A stretch of DNA of 64,000 bases from Psammoneis japonica (lineage: Eukaryota), in contig QPGO01000123.1 of NCBI GenBank assembly GCA_008632985.1, positions 62,001 through 126,000 of the forward strand, read 5' to 3'. The translations under genes and the position numbers were made by a program. Positions 45,051-56,397 of the stretch are shown here, in pieces. Under the pieces are notes generated by a model, which saw only the letters and a program-made list of their open reading frames with translations, was not told the origin of the DNA and searched no databases. How positions within the stretch are numbered: the first letter of the stretch is position 1; each line of letters opens with the position of its first letter.

Positions 45051-47070
45051 TGTGCCTGGTCTGCTGATCATTGATGCTTGTCATCTGTGATGCACTCTGG
45101 CAGAGCAAGCCATGATTAGAGCTCTGCTTGACACCTGGTCTGTGGCAGCAAGAGTCAAAGACAGAGCAGTTGTTTGCTTGACAGGGCATCTCCAGTGGGC
45201 CAGAATGGTCCGCTGCTCAACAACATGACTGTCTCTCATCTGCTCCAGCAGCAATTGGTGCATGGAGACTCCCCTCCACCGGCACGTGGTTTTCAATTTC
45301 TTTGCACCACTTTTCATTGAGACGCAAATTTTGCAAGTCGCAAATTGATTTACAAAGACAAACAGCTCACATTTTTTCACAATGAAAGCACGTGCGAGGT
45401 CTCAGAGCACTTCATTTTTGGCTTCAAATGAGCAAATGCTGCTGTTTCAACAACCGCAGGTCTGCAAGTGACATGAAACAACACACCAATTGAATTGTCA
45501 TCATTGCAAAGAGCCATTTGATGTTTTGTTTGTGAGGAAAGGTGGTGCAATTGTCAAAAAAGGTCATTTTTGTTCAAATTTTGCGATGCGCTGGCATGAG
45601 TTGCAGTCATGAGAAGGCAGTTTCCTTTGAAAATGATGATTTCTTGTCCTTTCTCGTGCATCACATCTTTTCTCAATTGAAGCAAAAAGAACACCTGCAC
45701 CTTGAATGGCACCAGAGGATATTGCCTGTGTTGCAAAGATGATCTTTGAGGGTGACAAGGGTCATTTCTTGACTCGCCACATGGCGATTGTGCGGGGATT
45801 CAGAATTTGTCACAAATTCAGCAATGTTGCAAATTTTTCAATTCAGTGGCTCTCCTTTCTTGGCAAAGATTTGCCAGCACATGCCCTTTCCTTGGTGGCA
45901 CAGCGGCTCTTGGCAGCCAGTTTGCAGCTCCCTGCTTGCCTCTTTTTCACCATTGCCATCTGTCACTTCTGCCCGGCTCCCTTTCTCTCTTGTTGTGTGG
46001 CCTCTTTTGGTGCACCCCTCCAAGGTGGTGTGGCAGCTCTCTGGCTGGTGCTCCAACTCCAGGTTCTCCTGGATTTGGCATCACTGGCTCAAGGTCTGCT
46101 GGTGCTTTTGCCTTGCACTGCAACCAACCAGACAGCTTGTCCAAGAGTGCATCAGACACAGGAGGACAGCAGAGTTGAGAGCGACAGACTGCAGTCAACC
46201 TGTCTCGAATGTTTGGCGCAAATCAGAGCCAATGAGAGACAGTGTGGTCTCTGTGCCTCTCCCTGTGCAAATTGGGGGTTGACTGGCAGGATCTGCTTTT
46301 GCGTCACTCACTCAATGCAGAAGCAGTGCACTGGCCTGTGAGCACCACACAAGTCACAGCAGCAAGCTTGCCCCCATTTCTTGCCAAGTCTCGCTGTGTG
46401 ACTTTGTTGAGTTTAGAGAGAAAGAGAGAGAGAGAGAGAAAGAGAGAGAAGCCTCACTTGCAGCCAACACCACCACCCCTTTTGTGGCTCTCCAATTGGA
46501 GCTCCAATTCTGGGTTCCCTCAGATTTGGTGTCTCCAGCTCAAGGTTTGGTGCTCATGGCTTGTGCCACAACCAAGAGCTTGTCCAACAAGAGGCACATC
46601 ATCAGACACCAGAGAGGACAGCAGGGTTGAGAGCACCAGAGAGGGCAATTGACCCATTGATTGACAAGAGCAGCAGATGGCATTGACAACCATGACAGAG
46701 ACAGCAAGTGAAATTGCCCTGTTAATTGAAATTGAACACAAAGCGTGTGGTGAACCATGGGAAGATCAGACGAAGTGGAATTGCCTTCAGGCATTTGTCC
46801 AAAGATTGGAAAGTGTGAATTCCTTCAGTGACTGATGGACCTGTGACAATGGAGCAGCTGACGGACCCCCACAACCCACAATGCAACACAATGTCAACGC
46901 AACCGCAACAGTGCATGCAGTGAACATCGGATGTTGAAGCCAAGGTGCAGTCTTGCATGTTCCTCTTTTACTTGAACAAGACTGTTCTGCAGTGCCACAG
47001 CATTCTAGACATGCCTCTTTGGATTGAGCTCACGAGGCAAGAGGAAACAAACTGAAAAATTGAGCAAAGC

Positions 47071-47923
47071 ATGACAAACAATGACATGAGAGTCGACACG
47101 GAAGATGGCACAAAGAATGGTGCGCCTCCCCATTGGGAGGACAAGGAGCTTTGTCTTGATCAAGCCCCTGAATTGCCTTGACCACCGAAGCGATTCTTTG
47201 TGCCATCGTGGATGGCTGGACACTGCAAGATGTTCAATTTATTCAAATGATTCCTGGAGGTAACTTGCCCCACTTGCAAGAAAACCTTGATCGGTTCCGA
47301 ACGTCTTCCTTTTTCAGTTTCACAAAGAGCGCCTTTCACAAAACAGAGGAGCGAGAAGCCCTTGCTGACTGCACGCCAATGTCCATGTCGGCCGTGCCTC
47401 GATTGCTTCAAGAAGGAAAGCTCTCTGTTGATGTTGCCATCATCAAGGTGACTAAACTGCACAAGGGATTCTGCAGTTTGGGATTTGGAGTTGAGTGCAC
47501 ACATGATTTTATCAAATGCGCCAAAATTGCCGTGGCAGAAGTGACGACTCACATGCCATGGACCGAGGCGCATTCCAAGATCCATGTCAGCGAAATTGAT
47601 TGGTGGGTCATGGAGGACTCGCCTCTGAAAACTGTGCAAGAGCTCTGGCCAGACTGCATGCAGTCTGTTCCTTGTTCACAGGAGGTGCTGGCTGGCATTG
47701 GAAAGAACCTTGTGAAAGAGATTTCCAACGGCACCACACTCAAATTTGGTTTAGGACCAGTTCCACTTTCTGTGACCCGTTTCTTGCATCAGCGAAAGAA
47801 CATTGGCCTTCACACGGATGTGCTGGTGGAGGAACTCTTTCGCTTGCAGCTTGATGGTGTCATTGCCAACACAGCAAAGGCAGTTGATGCTGGCAGAACT
47901 GTCGTGGCACAAGCTTGCGGGAG
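47071..47923 (+). pseudogene. Truncated, hypermutated duplicate of the acetyl-CoA hydrolase/transferase gene
   Basis: Aligns to 53739-54631 with a ~37-nt deletion; every aligned Tyr codon has become Cys or His; truncated where DIRS copy B begins. Confidence 0.95.
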
Positions 47924-47949
47924 AGTCAAGAGTTGTGTGCATTTTTTTT

Positions 47950-50900
47950 TCAACAATCATTGGGTCGAGTCAGGTGCCAAATGACTGTCTCGCCATCTGT
48001 CAATTGTCAGGCATGGTGCTCTTCGCACCGCAACCAAGCAATGTCACAGCAATCAGAGCAGGCAGATGGAGACGACACTCCAAGGGCACACTCACCTGAT
48101 CTTTGGAAGCAAATCCTCTGGCTGGTCCTCGGATTTGCGGCAAACCAAACCTTTTTTGTGTCCCATGAATGCAAGGGTCACCCCCCCAAGCACTTGTGAC
48201 CAGACTTGGGGTTGATCCCAGACAACAACCAACATGACTGAGGGAGCAAGCACTTGAGCCAATTGGGCCAAAGTGCAGCTGAGAGTTTCACAGCTCGCCA
48301 CATTTGGCAGATGCACACAAGTCACAGCACTGGGGGTGGGCGGGCAAAAATTCAACCCCGCCCTCTGCAGGGTCTCGCCAGTGCTGCAAACAGCAGATCG
48401 GCGGGACTCAAAGAAGAAACCCTGGATCTGCCCTGCCAGGGGGGTGTTCCGAGCATGGGTTGCTTGGCAACAAAGCAATGCCATGATGTTGCGTGTGGTG
48501 GAAACTCATTGTCAAAAACAGAACACCATGTTGAGATGACAGGACAGCTGGTCCCCTCAATCCCTGGGCCCCAAAATCCAGTGGGAGCCACCCCAGTCCT
48601 TGATCCAAGAAGACAGCAACCCAGGAGACCTCTCAAAGGTTTCTAACAAGTGAAAATCAACAAATGGCATTGCACACTTCCCCTCTGTGACTCCTTTGGC
48701 AAGTGCCTCCTGCAAGATGCCATTGGTGCCTTGAGCCAGGAGCGTGCAAGTGCCCACACCAAGGACCAAGCTGAGTCTGAAGCCACCCGTGGATCAAGCG
48801 GAGTGGACACGGGTGACCTGCTCCAACAGCTCAGGGCTCACAAAGGTCTGTTTGTAAAAAGCTGTTTCCAACACCAAGTTGTCAGTGACAAAGAAGAGCT
48901 CTGCTCCTGTGAGATCTCCAGCTCCTCACTGTGCTCTTCTGGCATGCTTCCACTGTGTTGGTGATGCCCCCCCCAGCTGGGAAGAACTCTGACTCATCAT
49001 CCTTCACCTTCACCCAGATCCCAACTCAGTGCAACACCAAGCCATCAGGTTTCTGAACCAAGGATCCAAGTCCTTTCCCAGTGCATCACCAAATCTGGGC
49101 AGAACAACACAATTTTGTGCTCACACACTGTTGCGCATGCTGGTGTGTGGGGGGCAAACATCCAGTCCATGGCCTGCAGATCTCCCAGGAACTGGAGAAC
49201 TGCTTGGACCAAGGAGGGAGCTTGAAGGTCCCTTGAGATCACTCTGCAAGTCCTCTTGTCTGTCTCATGCCTGAGCCAACAACCAAATTCCTTGCCTGAA
49301 ATTGCCCATCCATCTGTCCAGCAATTTAGGTGCCATGAGTCCAAGGCAAGGTGCTGTCCCTTGTGGAAGGGATTTAGAAAGTTGCAGGTCATTGCCATCT
49401 GCCCCTCTTCCTCTCCAAGTCCTCTCACAATCAAAGGTTTGCAACTCCATTCCTTGCTCGTGTGCTTCCTTGCACACCAACAGTGGCAGACTCCTGACAA
49501 TCAACTTTTGGCCTTGTCCCACTTTGCAGCAGTCACAGTGACTGTCAAGTCCATGCCATTCAGCACCCCAAAGATGACCCAAGCCCAAGCACCAACTTGA
49601 TCCCCAGATGTTGGCATGAACTTGCACAAAGCATTTGGAATGCCCAAGCACTGAAGGTGCAAAGCCATTTGCCATTTGCCTTGTGACCCACCAAGCATTT
49701 TCTTTGCTGAATCCTGTGCCCTTTGAGTCATTCACAAATGTCCCAAGGTCTCCCGCAACAGCCTGGCTGACAGTGCTCACTCCCCTTCATTGCCCTGGGG
49801 AGCCATGGTTTGCAGGCAGGGTCTCGCAGCAAATTGAAGATCATCAAGATGAAACCCGTTGGATTGTCTGGGAGCACAGGATTTCCTCTGCAAATCTCCT
49901 TGGTCCAACAAAGCATCCTTGCAGCATCACATGGGCTTGGTTTCATGTGCCCATGAACAGGCAAACCCATCATTTGCAGCAGACTGCAGACCATGCATGC
50001 TTCTTGGACTCCCAGGAGGTGCTTGAGAACAGGCAACAAGTCAATGCCTGTGTGTGGTCCAATCTTCAGGAGTGGTCATGCACCACAGGACTGACTTTGG
50101 AGTTGGGAGAAAGAAGCCTGGGGCCCACAAGGCACAATTGAACCCCCCCCCCCAAGGATGCACTGTTGCAGACCATCCCAACAATGGCATGATCCAAATG
50201 GACAGCAGGAGAAACCACATTGAACCCAATGACAAACAAGATTGGCTGCATTGATGTGGTGCCACCAACCCAAGTGTGTGACAAGGACACTGTGTCAGCA
50301 CACCAACCAATCCCTGCCACCAACTTCTGGGCCCAAATCTCATGGCTGCCATGGGACGAGTTGCACATTCTGCCCAGCGGGCCAATTGCAGGAACCCCTC
50401 ATTGACGCACAGAGGTGCTGCATGTCAACATGCTGGAGTTTGCAGCCATTGTCATCAACACCCATGTGGCCCTCATTTTCCACCAGTGGCATGGCTGGAC
50501 AACACCAGCACCATCTCTTGGCTGCAACACATGAGCTGCCATTTGCATTGTCCTGTTTTGCATGTCTGGCTTGCTTCCTTCTCTTTGCTGCTGAATGTTC
50601 AACCTGGGCCTCTGCCATTGATCAATGCTCCCAACTTGCAACAGTGCAAGTGCACCAAGTCCCACTTCCAAGCTTGAATTGATGACTTCATTGCTCACTG
50701 GACAGGGTGTGACCATGGGTGTGTGAGGTGTGCAAATGACTCATCTTTGGAATCTTGTGCCTTGCACTTTGCTCATGGTGCTGGCTTGAGCAGCATGGCT
50801 TCAACAACATCAGCCTTGCAAAGCCAACTTTGGCACAGACTTTTCTTCCCATGCTGGGCTGCCACATGTTGGGCCTGGCAGAAGGTGACTCTCTGTGCAG

Positions 50901-52300
50901 TGTCAACATCATTTCAGAAGACCTTCTGATTGGCCATCTGAATGCTGCCATTGAATGTTGATGCTCCCATGCATCAGCAAAAATGAGGCAAGATTCAATT
51001 GTTCCCATTCTGCAAAGAAAAACCACTTGTCAGCATGGCACCTGGTGCAAGAAATGCAACAAGAGGCAGCTGATTTCTGGCCTGATGATGTGTTTGCACA
51101 TGGAGCTTCAGTGTGCCAAGCATCTGGGAGGTGTGCAAAGCTTGTGTCCTTGCTCCAGCCTTCACAAACTGGGACCACTTTTCCTTGTGTTCACCAGGTC
51201 TTGTCTTGCCAAATGTGCTCAGAGCAAAGTGCCCAAGAGGCAACATTTTGCTGCCATCCTGCACAATGCCAAAGCAGGTGAGTGGGATGGCATGCCCCTT
51301 GTGTTTGTTGTCACACAAGACTTTGTGTTTTGTGCATCCTCTGCCTGATCACCACAAACTTTTGCATGAAGCAGCAGATCTGCATGTTCTCTTCAGATGC
51401 AACAAGAGCAAAATGAATTTTGCCATTTTGCATCTCTGTCACAGTTGCCAGCAGGCAATTTTCTTGTGCCCTGTGCAAGCCACTCAAGCCACCATTCACT
51501 GTTCTTGGCACCAAGCTGCCCAAGAGTGCATTGCACCTTCTCTCCTTTGGGCTCATTTGCCTGTTGTGTTGTTGAGGGCAAGCACATCATCATCAAGTTT
51601 CTTTGTGACACCTGCCAAGCTGCACACTCTGACCTGGCCATCACCTGTGGCAGCATGTCAAGTGTTCAATGATGTCACACTCCAACAGATTGACAGTGGC
51701 AGTTGCACTTCTTAACACAGGCATTCCCATCAAGGACATGGCCTGCCATGGCACTAAAGCAGTCTCAGGCAGGTCTCACTGACAGGATGAAGAGTGATCA
51801 AGTCTTGAGCCAGAGAGCAAAGTCAGCTTGAACGAGCTAAAAGAAGTCAATGCTGTGCAAAAAAGCATGCTCTAGATGTTTTGAGAGATTCAGAGCTGGT
51901 GTCTTAACCAAGCAGTGAACAAAATCTGTCGAGGAGGAGAGCAAGGAGCAGCTTTCACAAAAATCATTCCTGAGTGAGAGACAGTTCAGTCACTGTCAGC
52001 TGATTTGTTGCAACATGAGGTTCTCATGGCAACCATGCTGTGACACAGTTGATTCCCATCACCCTCTTTTAAGTTGAATGGGTGAACATGAGGTGAAATC
52101 AAGAAGTTGTGCAAGAAAGGAGAAGCCAAAGGGTGCAATTGACCATGACCCAAATCTTCTCAGCAACTTGAGTTTTTTGCAAGGACATCTGTGAGTTGAT
52201 GCCAGGATAAAACCAAGGACATGATGACCACACAAGTTGCCTTGTCAGACACATCAAAAAACATTGCACAATGTGCCATGTGCAGCTGGTGTGCTGATTG
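47950..52300 (+). mobile_element. Decayed DIRS-like retrotransposon, copy B, with tyrosine-recombinase remnant
   Basis: RNase H-like segment 50400-50550 matches copy A. LHVLFRCNKSKMNFAILH...LCPVQA at ~51380-51490 resembles a DIRS recombinase. The 5' sequence ggtcgagtcaggtgYcaaatgac also occurs at ~40499. Confidence 0.6.
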
Positions 52301-53738
52301 TTGATGCTCATCTGTGATGCACTCTAACAGAGCAAGCCTTGATCAGAGCTCTGCTCAACACCTGGTCTGTGGCAGCAAGAGTTGAAGACAGGACATTTGT
52401 TTGCTTGACAGGGCATCTCCAGTGTGCCAGAATGGTCCATTGCTTGACAACATGACTGTCTCTCATCTGTTCCAACCAGTGCCTGGAGAGGCCCCTCTGC
52501 TGGCACATGTGAGGTGGTGGTCTTCAACTTTGCACCACTCTCCTTTCTTGGCCCAGATCTGCCAGCAAACATGCCCTTTGCTTGGTGACACAGTGGCTCT
52601 TTGCAGCCACTTTGCAGCTTCCCACTGGCCTCTTCTTTCACTGTTGCCATTTGTCACTTCATCCTTGCCCCCTTTCTCTCTTGTTGTGGGGCATCTTGCA
52701 ACCCTCTCCAAGGTGACAACTCTCTCTGCCTGGTGCTCCAATTCTGGGTTCTCCTGGACTTGACATCTCTGGCTCAAGGTCTGTCATTGCTTCTGCCTTG
52801 TGCTGCAACCAACCAGATGGCTTGTCCAAGAGTGCATCAGACACAGGAGGATGGCAGAGTTGAGAGCGACAGATGGCAACCGACCTGTTGAATGTTCGGC
52901 ACAAATCGGGTGCCAATGAGAGACAGTGGTCTCTGTGCCTCTCCCCATGCAAATTGGGGGTTGACTTTCAGGATCTGCTTTTACATCACTCACTCAATGC
53001 AGAAGCAGTGCACAGGCCTGTGAGCACCACACAAGTCACAGCAGCAAGCTCGCCCCCATTTCTTGCCAAGTCTGGCGCTGTGTGTTTTTGTTGAGTTTCA
53101 AGAGAGAGAGCCTCACTTGCAGCCAACGCCACCCCCATTTTGTGGCTCTCCAATCAGAGCTCCAATTCTGGGTTCCCTCAAATTTGGTGTCTCTGGCTCA
53201 AGGTTTGGTGCCCATGGCTTGCGCCACAATCAAAGAGCTTGTCCAACAAGAGGCACATCATCAGACACCAGAGGACAGCAGGGTCAAGAGCACCAGAGAG
53301 GGCAATCGACCCATTGATTGATGAGAGCAGCAGATGGCATTGACAACCATGACAGAGACAACAAGTGAAATTGCCATGTCAATTGAAATTGAACACAAAG
53401 CGTGTGGTGAACCATGGGAAGATACCGGCAGGACGAAGCACAATTGCAATTGCCTTCAGGCATTTGTCCAAAGGTCGGAAAGTGTGAATCCCTTCAGTGA
53501 CACTGACGGACCTGTGACAATGGAGCGGCTGACGGACCCCCACAACGTAAAACATATATAATGTCAATACGCAACCGCAACAGTGCAGTGAGCATCGGAT
53601 GTTGAAGCCGAAATGCAGTCTCGTATGTTCCTCTTTTACTTGCACAAGACTATTCTGCGGTGCCACAGCATTCTAGACATGCCTCTTTGGATTGAGCTCA
53701 CGAGGCAAGACGAAACGAACTGAAAAATTGAGTAAAGC

Positions 53739-55692
53739 ATGACAAATAATAACATGAGAGTCGACACGGAAGATGGCATGAAGGATGGTGCGCCTGCTCC
53801 CAGTTGGGAGGACAAGGAGCTTCGTCTCGATCAAGCCCCTGAATTGATAAAGAATGGTAATCACATCTACATTGGCAGCACCGCCTCGACCGCCGAAGCG
53901 ATTCTTCGAGCCATCGTGGATAGCTGGACGCTGCAAGATATTCAAATTATTCAAATGATTCCTGGAGGTAACTTGCCCCACTTGCAAGAAAACCTTGATC
54001 GGTTCCGAACGTCTTCCTTTTTCAGTTTCACAAAGAGCGCCTTTTATAAAACAGAGGAGCGGGAAGCACTCGCTGACTACACGCCAATTTCAATATCGGC
54101 CGTGCCTCGATTGCTTCAAGAAGGAAAGCTCTCTGTCGATGTTGCCATCATCAAGGTGACTAAACCGCACAAGGGATTTTGCAGTTTGGGATTTGGAGTT
54201 GAGTGCACACGCGATTTTATCAAATACGCCAAAATTGTCGTGGCAGAAGTGACGACTCACATGCCATGGACCGAGGGGCATTCCAAGATCCATGTTAGCG
54301 AAATTGATTGGTGGGTCATGGAGGACTCGCCTCTGAAAACTGCGCAAGAGCTCTGGCCAGACTATATACAGTCTGTGCCTTATTCACAGGAGGTGCTGGA
54401 TGGCATCGGAAAGAACCTTGTGAAAGAGATTTCCGACGGCGCCACACTCAAATTTGGTTTAGGACCAGTTCCACTTTCTGTGACCCGTTTCTTGCATCAG
54501 CGAAAGAACATTGGCCTTCATACGGATGTGCTGGTAGAGGAACTCTTTCGCTTGCAGCTTGATGGCGTCATAACTAACACAGCAAAGGCAGTTGATACTG
54601 GTAGAACTGTCGTGGCACAAGCTTACGGGAGTCGCGAGTTATATGAATTTCTCGACCGCAATCCAGCTATTGAGTTCCAGCCGAGCAGCTACGTGAATGA
54701 CTACCGAATCATGGGACAAATCGAAAATCTTGTCGCGATTGTGGACGCTCTTAAAGTTGACTTGACAGGTCAGGTGGCTACAGACTCGATTGCGCACAAC
54801 TTTTACGGCAGTGTTTGGAGTGTCGATGACTCCATTCGTGGTGCTCGATTCTCACGTGGCGGGAAGCCGATTGTTGCGTTGCCCTCTAAGAGTTTACGTG
54901 GGCGCTCCAACATTGTGCTTGCATTGCCACCAGGTACAGGAGTCTCCATTACTCGATCAGATGTGGAGTACGTTGTGACTGAGTACGGAACTGCTTATCT
55001 TTATGGTAAACCGATTCGAGAGCGCTGCTTGGCACTGATCGACATTGCTCATCCGGACTTTCGAGATGAACTTCTTATGGAAGCCAAGCGCCGCCACTTT
55101 GTTTCAGAGTCCCAACCCGGGTATTCCTTTAGTAGTACGTATCCAAAAGAGATCGAGTGTACACACACAACTCGGAATTTCAAGACTGTCTTTGTGCGAC
55201 CAATCAAGGCGGTTGATGAGGACATGCTTCGAAGCTTCTTTCACAAGTTGTCTGATCATTCTGTCTATCTGCGTTACTTTCGCAAAATGCCTTCCTTGCC
55301 CCAACGGATTCTACAAAAGTTTGCCGATGTTGACTATTCAAGCGACATGGCTTTAATTGCACTTCACCCCCACGATTCACCAACCCCGATCTCGTTGGAA
55401 TCGCTCAGTGGATTTCCGATCCGCACGACGGAATTCCAGAAGTTGCGTTTCAGGTGCGAGACGATTGGCAAGGACAAGGATTGGGCTTGTTTCTTTTCTC
55501 TATTTGGTAGAAGTATCCAAATTCTTCGGTGGTGTCACTCATTTCAAAGCTGATGTGCTAGTTGACAACAAAGCCATGCGAAGTGTGTTTGAGAAGTCTG
55601 GCATTGAATACACTAGCCGTACCGAGTTTGGTGTATGTATCTATGTGTTCACCATCCCCAAGCGAAAAACGGATCTTCTTGCTATAAAGTAG
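53739..55692 (+). CDS. Acetyl-CoA hydrolase/CoA-transferase fused to a C-terminal GNAT acetyltransferase
   Basis: IYIGSTAS, DVAIIKVTKP..GFCSLG, DGATLKFGLG, IGLHTD, VDLTGQV, SRGGKPIVALPS, VVTEYG, IAHPDFRDEL, then RPIK..DE..L..FF..LS..SVYLRYF and EVAFQVRDDWQGQG. One apparent indel near 55390. Confidence 0.9.
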
Positions 55693-56397
55693 AGCCCGCT
55701 TTAAACGTGCTTCAATTGGGGGGTTCGGCCAAAAACTACCGAAGGATGTGTATTTACAATGTCAGCGCACAACAGTACAACACGACACACACCGATAACC
55801 TCAAAATAAAGATCGATTAGCTAAACGCACATAGAGGAAAGAAGCGGAAGCTGTCGAGAAGCTGCTATTTACCACGGAAGAGATGGGGTACCGAGGCAGG
55901 GTCATATTGCAGAAAGCACAGCTCGCTGTTGTTCGTTACAAGAACCTCGCCTTGTGTCAATTGGAAAAGGCAACGAATTTGTTGCATCTTCTTCAAGACC
56001 ATTCATACTTGTTGTCAAAACAGGATGTTTGGCTTTTGGTCGCCTTTGGCCACATGTCGAACTTTAGTATGTGCCACTGGGTTGCTTCGGTGCTACTGAT
56101 TCTCACGAAGAAGACGAGGATGATTAGGATAAAAGTGAGTGAGGTATAAGGAAAGTAGTATGGAGAAATGTAGCTTTGTTTATTCGATATGTTGAGGCCA
56201 CTGCTGTTCACACGACTTTGAGACAGGGAAGCGAATGAGGTGTGTAGTGTGATGTTGCTTTATCATGCATGTTCACGATTCTAGATACACTTTACACTTG
56301 GATCAAAGAATGTTTTCATCGAGGATTTTGCATTTAGCAGCGGAGACTGGGACGAAAGTCTTAAACGCAGTAGCTTCTTATACACAACGTATTATTT

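Larger units (their letters stand above)
43780..54631 (+). repeat. Tandem segmental duplication: ~43780-47923 repeated at ~50380-54631
   Basis: Collinear similarity through the DIRS 3' part, spacer, promoter and 5' half of the acetyl-CoA hydrolase gene. Copy-specific indels at ~45305-45850 and ~51145-51825. Confidence 0.9.

Noticed and set aside
47071..47923. Classical fungal RIP, or a diversity-generating retroelement (A->N) using the RT at 37 kb
   Set aside because: RIP creates TpA rather than removing it. The changes here are transitions on both strands over kilobases, and the RT is a broken group II intron fragment with no TR/VR pair.
7400..55400. Frameshifts in otherwise intact genes (near 7420, 7780, 14088, 15430, 15785, 33990, 55390) as programmed frameshifting
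   Set aside because: They are scattered single-base indels, often at short homopolymers, with no shared slippery motif. Assembly error is more likely; raw reads would decide.
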